NCBI GenBank assembly: GCA_037142195.1
Contig: JBAXBA010000010.1
Coordinates: 2,580-66,579 of the forward strand
Length of the DNA: 64,000 bases
Direction of reading: 5' to 3'
Origin: Pseudomonadota bacterium
GTDB lineage: Bacteria; Bdellovibrionota_B; Oligoflexia; Oligoflexales; CAIMVM01
Position numbers and translations under genes: made by a program. A model generated the notes under the pieces. That model was not told where the DNA came from and searched no databases. It worked only from the letters and a program-made list of their open reading frames with translations. Within the stretch, counting starts at the first letter, position 1, and each line of letters starts with the position of its first letter. Shown piece after piece: positions 9,968 through 19,900 of this stretch.

Positions 9968-10827
9968 GGCAATTGAGCTGAAACCACCCGCTCCCTGTTT
10001 CCTAGGTCTTTGGCGATTTTGATGTTTTTAAAACCATTTTGATCCAATATTTGTGCCACTTCAGCCGCCTGGGTCCAACCTACTTCAAAAGCCACAAAAC
10101 CACGCGGCGCTAAAACCTTAGGGGCATTTTTGGCAATGACTTCATAAAATTGTAAGCCATTTTGATCTGCTAAAAGTGCCATTTTCGGTTCAAAATCTTT
10201 AACTGTGGTGTCCAAATTTTCAAAATCTGTGGCTGCAATGTAGGGAGGATTGCTTACAATTCCGTCAAATTCACCTTGATAGGATCCTTCCACAAGGGCT
10301 GACTTAAGTGTTGGTCTATATCGCTCTGCAACGCCTAGCTCTAGGGCATTTGACTGAGCTATGGCTAAGGCCTTTTCACTGACATCCCAAGTATCTACTT
10401 CTAATTCTCCACGCATCTTTAGAAGTGAAATGCCGACACAACCGCTGCCTGTGCCTATATCTAAAATCTTCCTTGCACCTGAGCTTGGAAGCAGCTTCAG
10501 GGTTTCTTCAATCAACAGCTCGGTGTCTGGCCGCGGAACAAGTGTGTCTCTGGACACCTTAAACATGTAACCCATAAATCCGGCCTCTTCCAAAATATAG
10601 GCCGCAGGTTCATGACTCCCTCTTCGAAACAAAAGAGCTTTATAGTCGTTTCGCTCACTGACAGTCAAAGGACGATCGTATTCTAGGTAAAGATTGATAC
10701 GCTTAAAACCTAGACATTTTGCTAACATCAATTCGGCATCAAATCGCGGGTTAGGCACACCTTTTTTTGTTAAAAATTCCATGGAACTTTTAAGCACATT
10801 TGCAATAGTCCAAACCACATCATTCAT
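9961..10827 (-). CDS. prmC: Release-factor glutamine N5-methyltransferase
   Basis: Has the IVSNPPYI (NPPY) motif and the SAM-binding DIGTGSG motif. It overlaps prfA by ATGA at 10824-10827. Confidence 0.9.
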   Translation of the reverse strand: MNDVVWTIANVLKSSMEFLTKKGVPNPRFDAELMLAKCLGFKRINLYLEYDRPLTVSERNDYKALLFRRGSHEPAAYILEEAGFMGYMFKVSRDTLVPRPDTELLIEETLKLLPSSGARKILDIGTGSGCVGISLLKMRGELEVDTWDVSEKALAIAQSNALELGVAERYRPTLKSALVEGSYQGEFDGIVSNPPYIAATDFENLDTTVKDFEPKMALLADQNGLQFYEVIAKNAPKVLAPRGFVAFEVGWTQAAEVAQILDQNGFKNIKIAKDLGNRERVVSAQLPC

Positions 10828-11894
10828 AAACGATTCGATTGCTCCTTGAGAAGTTCCGCTGTGTACGCCACCCCCAAAGGATCAAGAACCCCATCCAAGC
10901 TCCCCTCCATTATGTCCGAAAGACTATAGAGAGTTAAATTGATACGATGATCTGTTAATCGACCTTGAGGAAAGTTGTAAGTCCTAATTCGCTCAGATCG
11001 ATCTCCTGATCCCACCTGGCTCTTACGATCAGCACTAATTTCTGCGTCTTGTTCCGATTGAATTTTTTCAAATAAACGACTTTTAAGCACCTTGAGTGCC
11101 TTCTCTTTATTTTTAAGCTGGCTTCGCTCTTCCTGGCACTCTACTACTAATCCGCTAGGCTTATGGACAATTCTAATTGCTGAATCCGTCTTATTGATGT
11201 GCTGCCCCCCTGCTCCGGAAGCGCGACAAGCTGTAATTTCTAAATCTGCCGGGTTTATGTGGACTTCGACATCCTCTGCCTCAGGCAAGACGGCTACGGT
11301 ACATGCAGAGGTATGAATACGTCCCTGTGCTTCGGTATCTGGAACCCGCTGAACCCGATGAACGCCCCTTTCAAATTTTAGGCGGCTAAAAACTTTACTT
11401 CCCTCTATAGAGGCGATCACTTCCCTAAAACCGCCTCTTTCAGACGACGTAGCACTCATGACTTCCATCTTCCAACCGCGCCGATCAGCGTACCTGGAAT
11501 ACATGCGAAAAAGATCTCCTGCAAACAATGCTGCTTCATCCCCTCCGGTGCCCGCTCGAACTTCTAAAATGACATTCTTAGAATCATTGGGATCAGTCGG
11601 GAGCATCATAATCGTGAGCTCTTGCTCAATTTTTTGTATTTCCACCACTATGAGACCTAATTCTTCCATGCCCATAGCTTTAGTTTCAGAATCTGAACTA
11701 GCAGCCATCTCTCTGGCCGTAAGTTCATCGGCTCGGTAGCCCTTGTATCGTCTATATAGTTCAACTAACTCTAGAACTTCAGCCCGCTCCTTTGTCAATC
11801 GAATCATTTCCTTACCGTCTAATCCTGGCTGAGAAAGAGTCTCTTCAATTGCGACAAAACGATTTTCTACATCTTCTAACTTGTCAAACATCAT
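10824..11894 (-). CDS. prfA: Peptide chain release factor 1
   Basis: Has the SGAGGQHINKTDSAIRIVH (GGQ) motif and QRVPDTEAQGRIHTS. It is linked to prmC as in most bacteria. Confidence 0.95.
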   Translation of the reverse strand: MMFDKLEDVENRFVAIEETLSQPGLDGKEMIRLTKERAEVLELVELYRRYKGYRADELTAREMAASSDSETKAMGMEELGLIVVEIQKIEQELTIMMLPTDPNDSKNVILEVRAGTGGDEAALFAGDLFRMYSRYADRRGWKMEVMSATSSERGGFREVIASIEGSKVFSRLKFERGVHRVQRVPDTEAQGRIHTSACTVAVLPEAEDVEVHINPADLEITACRASGAGGQHINKTDSAIRIVHKPSGLVVECQEERSQLKNKEKALKVLKSRLFEKIQSEQDAEISADRKSQVGSGDRSERIRTYNFPQGRLTDHRINLTLYSLSDIMEGSLDGVLDPLGVAYTAELLKEQSNRL

Positions 11895-12019
11895 AGTCCT
11901 CTCTATTCATCCCTATTCATGTCTCGTCTCAACTGAATCATCAAATTCCTGATTTTCCATCCCGATCTAGACTCTATCGTAATCAACACCGCCCTCAATT
12001 CAAAGGCTAAATTTTTAAC

Positions 12020-12045
12020 TAAAAAAGCACGGACAAGCCGTGCTT
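12020..12045 (-). terminator. Rho-independent terminator downstream of rpmE
   Basis: On the minus strand AAGCACGG-CTTGT-CCGTGCTT forms an 8-bp stem followed by TTTTTAG, about 20 nt after the rpmE stop. Confidence 0.7.
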
Positions 12046-12064
12046 AGTTCTAAATTCCAATCTA

Positions 12065-12274
12065 CTAATCTTTTTTTACATTAGCATAGCGACGCTGAAA
12101 CTTCTCAATTCGTCCAGCTGTATCCATAAGCTTATGCTTGCCCGTAAAAAAGGGATGGCAGTTGGAACAAATTTCAACTTGGATCTCTGACAAGATTGAG
12201 CGTGTTTGAAACTTGTTGCCACAGGCACAAGTCACATTGGAAACTTTGTAGTTTGGGTGAATGTTTTCTTTCAT
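12065..12274 (-). CDS. rpmE: 50S ribosomal protein L31
   Basis: 69 aa. MKENIHPNY...CACGN...CSNCHPFFTG... is the canonical Zn-ribbon L31. Confidence 0.95.
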   Translation of the reverse strand: MKENIHPNYKVSNVTCACGNKFQTRSILSEIQVEICSNCHPFFTGKHKLMDTAGRIEKFQRRYANVKKD

Positions 12275-12438
12275 CTTATAAATCCTTCTGTGATATGTAA
12301 ATCGTCTAAGAAATACACTTCCAACCGAATCTCGCCACCATGGAAAGATCTCGACCGCACGAGCGGGGAGCGAAATGTATCTCGCTTATTTCTAAAAATC
12401 AAGATTTTACTCTTAACCATTCTAAACTACACTCAAAA

Positions 12439-14277
12439 CTAGCCATTCATAGAATCTATAAACTCTGCATTGGATCTCGTTTTTTCAAGTTTACCCAACA
12501 AAAAGTCCATGGCATCAACCGTGTTAAGAGGCTGTAATAACTTCCTTAATATCCACATACGGTTAAGCACATCCTTAGGAATGAGCAGCTCTTCTTTTCT
12601 GGTCCCCGACTTGTTCAAGTCAACGGCGGGGAACATTCTCTTCTCAGACATCTTACGGTCCAGGTGAATTTCCATATTACCAGTGCCTTTAAACTCTTCG
12701 AAAATAACCTCGTCCATTCTGGAACCAGTATCAATCAGAGCCGTTGCAATAATGGTCAAAGATCCGCCTTCTTCCACGTTCCTAGCGGCTCCGAAGAATC
12801 GCTTAGGCTTGTGAAGAGCATTGGAATCCACACCACCCGAAAGAATCTTCCCACTTGGAGGAACGACACTGTTATAGGCACGAGCGAGGCGAGTAATGGA
12901 ATCTAGAAGAATGACAACATCCTTTTTATGCTCCACCAATCGCTTAGCTTTTTCGATTACCATTTCAGCAACCTGGACGTGTCTTTGCGCTGGTTCATCG
13001 AATGTAGAAGAAATCACTTCCCCTTTTACAGATCGCTCCATATCCGTGACTTCTTCTGGACGCTCATCAATTAATAAGACGATCAATACAACTTCTGGTG
13101 AATTACGCTCAATGGCTGTAGCAATTTGCTGCATCAAAACAGTTTTACCTGTTCGCGGAGGGGCGACAATGAGAGATCTTTGCCCTTTACCTATCGGCAC
13201 TAGCATGTCGATAATTCTTGTAGAGAAAATTTTCGAATCGTATTCGAGTTTGAATTTCTCCATAGGATAAAGAGGAGTTAGGTTATCAAAGATAATTTTA
13301 TCTGAGTCTTGATTCGCAACAGTTCCGTTGACATGCTCAACCTTTAGTAAAGCAAAGTATCTTTCGGAATCTTTGGGAGGCCTAATCTGGCCAGAAACCG
13401 TATCCCCGGTGCGAAGATTAAATCGTCTAATTTGGGAAGGAGACACATAAATATCGTCAGGACCTGGCAAGTAATTATAATCAGGGGCCCTTAAAAAACC
13501 AAAACCATCGGGCAATGTTTCTAAAACACCAGATCCGTAAATAATCCCATCTTGTTCCGCCTGAGCCTGAAGCAAACCAAAGATCAGCTCTTGCTTTCGC
13601 ATGGAAGATGCATTTTCCACACCATAGCTTTTTGCCATAGCAGCAAGATCGGTGATTCTCATTTTCTTAATTTTATTTAAATCAATCATTTCAGGAGCTG
13701 GCAAGTTTGGATCTCTTGGCGGACGCGCTTGAAAATCTTCCTCATGTTCTACATCAGGAACCTGCTTATTAAATGGTCTTCTGGGGCCTCGATTCCCGCG
13801 GCTTTCCTCACGCCCTCCTTGTTGGTGGCGATTGTTGTCGCGATGGTTTCTAAACCCACCAGGTCCTCTGTTGTCATTTCTTTGGTGGTTGTCTCTGGGC
13901 TGATTATCTCTGGGCTGATTATCTCTGGGCTGATTATCTCTGGGCTGATGGTCTCTCGGCTGATTATCTCTCGGCTGATGGTTCTGCCGTTGAAAGTCAC
14001 GTTGCGGCCTATCGCCGGATTGAGATTCCGCTGTTGGCACTTGGCCAGTTGCAAGATCATCACGAGATTGTGGCTTTTGTCGAAGGGGTCTTTCTTCGCT
14101 CACTACTTCGTTGCGCTTCTCAAAGCTTTGGGGCTCAGTTGCCGCTTCAGCCTGAGCCGAATCTGAAGTATCAGCTTCGATAGGAGAGCTGATTTTAGCA
14201 GTAGGGCTACGTCTTGGTTTTTTTACTTGTGAAGCTTCTGATGTTTCGTCAGGGTTCTGACTGTCTTTTTTTGCCAC
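12439..14277 (-). CDS. rho: Transcription termination factor Rho with a ~195-aa low-complexity N-terminal extension
   Basis: The canonical Rho core begins near residue 197 ([23 protein letters not shown]...). It has the CSD-like RNA-binding region and the Walker A motif [16 protein letters not shown] start at 14277. The N-terminus is R/N/Q/D/P-rich. Confidence 0.95.
   Translation of the reverse strand: MAKKDSQNPDETSEASQVKKPRRSPTAKISSPIEADTSDSAQAEAATEPQSFEKRNEVVSEERPLRQKPQSRDDLATGQVPTAESQSGDRPQRDFQRQNHQPRDNQPRDHQPRDNQPRDNQPRDNQPRDNHQRNDNRGPGGFRNHRDNNRHQQGGREESRGNRGPRRPFNKQVPDVEHEEDFQARPPRDPNLPAPEMIDLNKIKKMRITDLAAMAKSYGVENASSMRKQELIFGLLQAQAEQDGIIYGSGVLETLPDGFGFLRAPDYNYLPGPDDIYVSPSQIRRFNLRTGDTVSGQIRPPKDSERYFALLKVEHVNGTVANQDSDKIIFDNLTPLYPMEKFKLEYDSKIFSTRIIDMLVPIGKGQRSLIVAPPRTGKTVLMQQIATAIERNSPEVVLIVLLIDERPEEVTDMERSVKGEVISSTFDEPAQRHVQVAEMVIEKAKRLVEHKKDVVILLDSITRLARAYNSVVPPSGKILSGGVDSNALHKPKRFFGAARNVEEGGSLTIIATALIDTGSRMDEVIFEEFKGTGNMEIHLDRKMSEKRMFPAVDLNKSGTRKEELLIPKDVLNRMWILRKLLQPLNTVDAMDFLLGKLEKTRSNAEFIDSMNG
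13892..13981 (-). repeat. Six tandem 15-bp units encoding (QPRDN/H)n inside rho
   Basis: The plus-strand unit TCTCTGGGCTGATTA is perfectly identical three times (13892-13936). Three 1-2-mismatch copies follow (13937-13981). The encoded peptide is ...[30 protein letters not shown].... Confidence 0.9.
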
Positions 14278-14516
14278 GATAGCTCTCTATGAATTGAAGT
14301 TAGTCTTATTTTATTTGTGGTGTTAGTTTAGGCGGTTTTAATCTCACCAAATCTTGTTTTTTGAGGGTTAAGAGATAGTTGAAAAAATAGTTCAACTATT
14401 TACCGGTTTCGGCAAGACTGCTAACAATGGGAACATTGAAAGACTTTGCTGGAATGTAAGCTGCAACCGCCATAAGCGCAAGCAAAAAATACCATCATCC
14501 CAACCACTCGATTTTA

Positions 14517-15878
14517 TTAGTGCAACATGGGTGGCCCAACAACTCTACCTACCAAGTCATATTCAAACGCATCTGTAATCTCAACAGTCTGAATTTGACC
14601 AACCTGAACCTCTCCATCATTAATATAGACACACCCATCAACTTCAGGAGCTTGAGTGGAAAGCCGTCCTTCAAATAGAAAATCAGACTCATCGGATACG
14701 CCTTTCACCAAAACTTCTAAAATCTGTCCAATTTTAGACTGTTGAATTTCGGCCGAAATTGCCTTCTGAATTTCCATAATTTCCCCATGACGCTTCATCA
14801 TGACTTCTTCAGGAACTTGATCTTTCATCCTTGCCGCTACAGTTCCCTCTTCTTTGGAGTAAGTAAAACACCCCAAATGATCAAATTTCATGTCTACAAC
14901 AAATTTCTTGAGCTCATTAAAGTCCTGTTCTGATTCACCAGGAAAACCAACCATGACTGACGTTCTAATACTCATCCCCGGAATCATACTTCGAAGTTTA
15001 CGTACGGTCGCCTCGATCTCTTCTCGAGTTACGGCACGATTCATGGACTTCAATATTCCATTGCTTGCGTGCTGAACAGGGATATCTAAGTATTTAACTA
15101 ACTTGGGTTCCTTTGAAAAGAAATCCATAAATTCATCTGATATATTCTCGGGATAAACGTAAAGCATGCGAATCCATTGCAAGTCGGGAATTTTTACAAG
15201 CTCTTTAAGCAACGGCAGTAGCTCGTCAGTTCCACGATCTCGGCCATAGGCAGCAAGATCCTGAGCAATCAAATTGATTTCTTTAACACCTTCTCTAACT
15301 AAAGACTCGACTTCAGACACGACGCTGGAAACAGGTCTGGATCGAAGTCGGCCGCGAATGGCAGGAATGATACAAAAGGCACAGTTATGCTGGCACCCTT
15401 CGGCAACCTTTACATAAGCCGATGACTTAGTAAGCGTATTTACACGCGGCATGGACTCTGTATAAAGATAATGGGTTCTCTTAGCATGAACGGTCCCCAT
15501 TTGAGTTTCGTCATCTATAAGGGCGCCAATTTTCGTGAATTCATCTGTTCCTATAAACAGATCTACTTCCGGCAAGCCATCTTTAAGCTGTTTTTTGTAA
15601 CGCTGGGTCAAACACCCCGTGACTACAAGTTTCATTTTCGGATTTGATTTTTTAAGTTGAGCCGCTTCGAGAATCGTATCAATACTCTCTTCTTTGGCGG
15701 ATTGAATAAAACCACAAGTATTAACTACGATCAGGTCAGCTCCCTCAGCTTGCTGAGTGATAGCCCATCCACCATGGAGCAACGTGCCAAGCATAACCTC
15801 TGAATCCACTCGATTCCGCGAGCAGCCTAAAGAAATCAAATGCACTTTTCTGTTTTCCAATTCCATCGACTGTTCCAT
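14517..15878 (-). CDS. rimO: Ribosomal protein S12 methylthiotransferase RimO (radical SAM, TRAM domain)
   Basis: Has the N-terminal UPF0004 cysteines (LISLGCSRN, VVNTCGF, VTGC) and the radical-SAM motif AEGCQHNCAFCIIP, plus a C-terminal TRAM-like domain. I chose the start at ATG 15878, with GGGAG 9 nt upstream. The ORF-track start at 16046 overlaps the divergent gene. Confidence 0.9.
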   Translation of the reverse strand: MEQSMELENRKVHLISLGCSRNRVDSEVMLGTLLHGGWAITQQAEGADLIVVNTCGFIQSAKEESIDTILEAAQLKKSNPKMKLVVTGCLTQRYKKQLKDGLPEVDLFIGTDEFTKIGALIDDETQMGTVHAKRTHYLYTESMPRVNTLTKSSAYVKVAEGCQHNCAFCIIPAIRGRLRSRPVSSVVSEVESLVREGVKEINLIAQDLAAYGRDRGTDELLPLLKELVKIPDLQWIRMLYVYPENISDEFMDFFSKEPKLVKYLDIPVQHASNGILKSMNRAVTREEIEATVRKLRSMIPGMSIRTSVMVGFPGESEQDFNELKKFVVDMKFDHLGCFTYSKEEGTVAARMKDQVPEEVMMKRHGEIMEIQKAISAEIQQSKIGQILEVLVKGVSDESDFLFEGRLSTQAPEVDGCVYINDGEVQVGQIQTVEITDAFEYDLVGRVVGPPMLH

Positions 15879-16001
15879 TAATTCAAACTCCCTGACAGCT
15901 ATTGAACGCCTATCAAAAAAAAGGCTAACCGTCGGTGGGGCTTCTATCATAAATCTGTGGTAAGCTTCAAGTAAACCCTGCCGTTTTTTATAAGGCTTTC
16001 T

Positions 16002-16883
16002 ATGAGTGAAATTAGTCCAGATATTACGAGATCTTACGCATGGCACAATGGGTCACCTATTGGTTTTGATCATGGACTGCGCCTAAATAGCCGCGCCCTT
16101 TGGTATGGGGACGGAGTTTTTGAAACCATAGCTATTCAAGACAGCCACCCCATCAAGCTTTCCCTTCATTTAGATCGCTTAGAGCGGAGCGCTGACGCTG
16201 CCGACCTGCCCCTACCTGCAGAGCGCGAAGAACTATCCAGGGAAATTTTAAGAGCGGCACTCACCTCTAATGGAAATGGCATCCTACGCATTATGCTCTA
16301 CCGAGGAGGCGATCTAGGTCTGCTCGAAGAGGGCCCAACGGAACGTCTCCTGATCGTGCAGCCCATGCCAAAGATTCCCGAATCTATTTATTTGGAGGGT
16401 ATCAGAATGAAGCTACGGCCCATTACCTTACCCGACAAAAATCCCCGAAAATCTCTCAACTGGTCAAATACGATTCTAGATCTCAGAAAAGTCCGCAAGC
16501 AAAATTTTGACGACGTGCTAATGCACAATCAAGATGATGGTATTTTAGAGGCCTCTGCAGCAAATATATTTTTTCTAGGACGACAAGGCGATCTCTTAGA
16601 AGTTGCAACGCCCCCACTAACGACTGGAATCCTCCCTGGTACAACCAGGCAAATATTAATGGAACTCCTCCATCGCGCAAAAATTCCCGTTACTGAACGT
16701 TTGATTTTTCCCGATGAACTGCCAAGATTTGATGAGGCCTTTCTGACCTCAACCATCAAAGGATTAGTTCCCATACAACAAATAAATAGTCAGACACTCT
16801 ATACTTTGCGACCGAAAGCTACCTTTCACGACATAAATAGACTTTTTCAAACTTGGTTGAGTCTTCAAAAAAACCCATTCTAA
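16002..16883 (+). CDS. Class IV (fold-type IV) PLP aminotransferase family, aminodeoxychorismate-lyase-like
   Basis: 293 aa. Has YGDGVFETIAI near the N-terminus and a family-typical length. ADC lyase and D-/branched-chain aminotransferase cannot be separated by eye. Confidence 0.7.
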   Translation: MSEISPDITRSYAWHNGSPIGFDHGLRLNSRALWYGDGVFETIAIQDSHPIKLSLHLDRLERSADAADLPLPAEREELSREILRAALTSNGNGILRIMLYRGGDLGLLEEGPTERLLIVQPMPKIPESIYLEGIRMKLRPITLPDKNPRKSLNWSNTILDLRKVRKQNFDDVLMHNQDDGILEASAANIFFLGRQGDLLEVATPPLTTGILPGTTRQILMELLHRAKIPVTERLIFPDELPRFDEAFLTSTIKGLVPIQQINSQTLYTLRPKATFHDINRLFQTWLSLQKNPF

Positions 16884-16954
16884 TATTACCAACTAGACGA
16901 GCTAAAAGACGCTCTAGAGAATCACTCATTTTAGAAAGAAGGCGTCCTCATATT

Positions 16955-19900
16955 CTACCAGGATAATAGCGCTGGAACACCCGCTCCGACCGTACCAAAG
17001 AAGTAGACCCTTCCCGCACCTTCCACAAAGCTCGGAACCGTCACAGTTTGGCTGATATTGTCAAAGACTCGGATCGTATCTGTACCGCGTATTTGATAGA
17101 GATCAAAGCCATTGGATGCATCATTCGCTGTGAAATAGACTGAATCTCCAAGCGCTACCAGAGATGACGGAGTTGAACTCAAGGTTCCTGCAGCTATATC
17201 TTTTACTAACACAGTCCCCGCTGATGTACCGTCACTCTTCCAAATTTCAGTACCTTGGGTGGCTGTAGTAGCTCTGAAATAAATAGCAGTGGACGTGGCA
17301 ACTAAACTTGAGGGTGAGGAGCTGCTGGTTCCAGAATAGATGTCCTTAACCAATGAAGTCCCAGCTGTGGTGCCGTCTGTTACAAACAACTCCACTCCGG
17401 TCGCCGTCGTCGTTGCCGTAAAGTAGGCTTTTCCGCCGAAAACGGTAAAGTTTGCAGGCGAACTTGAGCCCGTCCCTGCTACGAGATCTGAGACTAAAGA
17501 AACAGTACTTCCATCACTTACAAACAGCTCGACCCCAGCCGCAGTTGTCGTTGCCCCAAAGACGACCTTGGAACCCAACGCCGTGATATTCACTGGAGAG
17601 GAACTTCCGGAGCCGGCCACGAAGTCAGAAACCAAAACTGTACCGGCTGAGGTCCCATCTGACTTCCAAAGCTCGGCTCCATACGTCAAATCGTTAGCTT
17701 GAAAGTAAAGAGTACTTCCAGCTACAACTGGATTCGTAGGGCTAGAGGATGCCGTGCCAGATCTAATGTCTTTAACAATCACTGTGCCAGCTGTGGTGCC
17801 GTCCGTTTTATAGAGCTCCTTGCCAGCAGCTGACGAAGTCGCTACAAAATAGACCGAACTACCCATGCCCACAAAACCGGATGGTGATGAGCTACCCGTC
17901 GTAGTGGAAAGATTAGAAAGCATGAACGTCCCAGCTGCTGTCCCATCGGAAACCCAAGGTTCATTTCCTGATGCTGTGGTCGTGGCTGCAAAATAGAGCT
18001 TAGAACCGTAAGCAATCAAAGATGTAATCGATGAGGAGCAACTTCCTGGACAAATATCCAATACCATGTTCGCACTTGTACCATTATAGGCCCAAAGCTC
18101 GCTTCCGTTAATGCCATCGTCCGCCACGAAATAAGCCACTCCATTCATCATAACTAGGCTCTTAGGAACGATCGCTCCAGGCAGAGCTATATTAGAAGCG
18201 AGAGAAGCTGTAGAGTTTGATTCTTTAAATTGGAAAAGTTCGCTGCCGACGGTAGCATTCGTCCCCTGAAACAGCGCACCAAAGGATGTTGCTGTGATCC
18301 AATAGGTCGAGCCGGTAAACCCTGAAGAGCCACTATAGATATCATACTGAATCGTACCTGCACTTGTGCCATCGCTCACCCAGAGCTCGCGATTGGAGAG
18401 AGTATCTGCACTCATATAAATTCGGTTGCTTGTTGCGGCAAAATTGGTTGGGACCGAACCCGTAGTCCCTGCTCGAATATCCTTTAGAAGGAAGGTGCCT
18501 GCTGCTGTTCCATCACTAATCCAAGGTTCCTGACCAGCTGCTGCTGTAGTTGCTTGAAAGAAAAGCTTGCCAAGAGCTGGTATGATCGTGGTAGGACTTC
18601 CGGAAGCAGTGCCGGCATTGATATCGAGTACCATAGACGTTCCAGACGCAGTACCATCGGTCACCCAAAGCTCCCTGCCAGTCGCAGTCGTAGTTGCTGC
18701 AAAATAAACTTTGCCATTTAAGGGGACCATATTGGACGGAGTTGAGCTAACTGTCCCTGGTCCAATGTCCATTACTAGAACTGTTCCAGCTGCCGTTCCA
18801 TCTGAAAACCAAAGCTCTGCCCCGTTAGCGACTGTGGTAGCTTGAAAAACAACCCCACCAGTCACAGGGGCAAAGGCCTGAGGAGAGCTATTGCTTGTCG
18901 TGTTTATATCTAACACAAACGTGGTTCCTGCTGCCGTTCCGTTACTGGTATAAAGCTCAATGCCTCCTGTAGCACCAGTAGCTTGCATCCAAAGCTTTCC
19001 ATTGATTTCAGTAATAAACAAGGGGGTGCTACTCGAGGTCCCAGAACGAATATCCTTAACAAGAGTTGTCCCTCCCGTGGTTCCATCAGAAACCAACAGT
19101 TCATTTCCATAAGTTGTTGTTGATGCGCCAAAGTAAGCTTTACCATTGAGTGCTACAGGAAGCGTAGGATTTGAACTACATGTTCCCGTGCATAAGTCAG
19201 CAAGACGAATCGTTCCGGCAGATGTGCCATCTGTACGATAGAGCTCCCTTCCATTGCTGTTCGTATTTGCTGAAAAATAGAGGTAGCTGCCTATCGACAC
19301 CAAATTGGTAGGTGAGGAGCTTCCTGCGGGCTCTAAATCAGCAACTAGGGAAGATGTCTGAGTGGCTGGGTCAAAAACCCAAAGCTCACGACCTGCAATA
19401 AAATTATCTGCCGCAAAATAGAACTTTCCAAGATGCTCGACAGCCTTGTCAGGAAGAGAGCTACCTTCTGAACCATTGAACTGCGCTAAAGAAGTAGCTT
19501 GACGAATATAGGATAAAGACGCGGAGCAGGCTGACGAATTGCTTGAGCTGTCCTCAGAGAGGGCTGAATATTGGGTGTAGATTTCATGTACCGTTAACGA
19601 AATTTCAGCTCCGGAAGTATTAAAGGTAGCTGAAGGCAGACTCAATAAAGGACTTCCCGTACAATTATTGCTCTTGAAAATTTTCACAGTAGCATTTGCT
19701 TCCGCGGTCCCCAGTAGATTAAAAATCAGGTTATTAGCTGGGGGAATCACCGACATTGAAGTTAATGTAGGGGCTACCGGCGGAACCGTATCAACAACTG
19801 TAAAACTAAACGAGTTTTCAGAATACAAGCCTCCTGAATCGGTAACTCTTATAGTTATGGTTCTTGAGCCTAGATCCGCTTCCGCAGGAGTCCAATTTAA

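Noticed and set aside
13892-13981. Whether the short tandem repeats in rho or the 615-bp repeats in the giant gene are a CRISPR array
   Set aside because: The rho units are contiguous with no spacers, and the 615-bp units are in-frame coding domains. There are no cas genes and no repeat-spacer architecture.
13729-14166. ORFs 13729-14166 (+) and 13749-14063 (-, alternative frame) with repetitive ISGL/ISPE peptides
   Set aside because: They are artefacts of the 15-bp tandem repeat inside rho being open in several frames. The rho frame is the one with homology.
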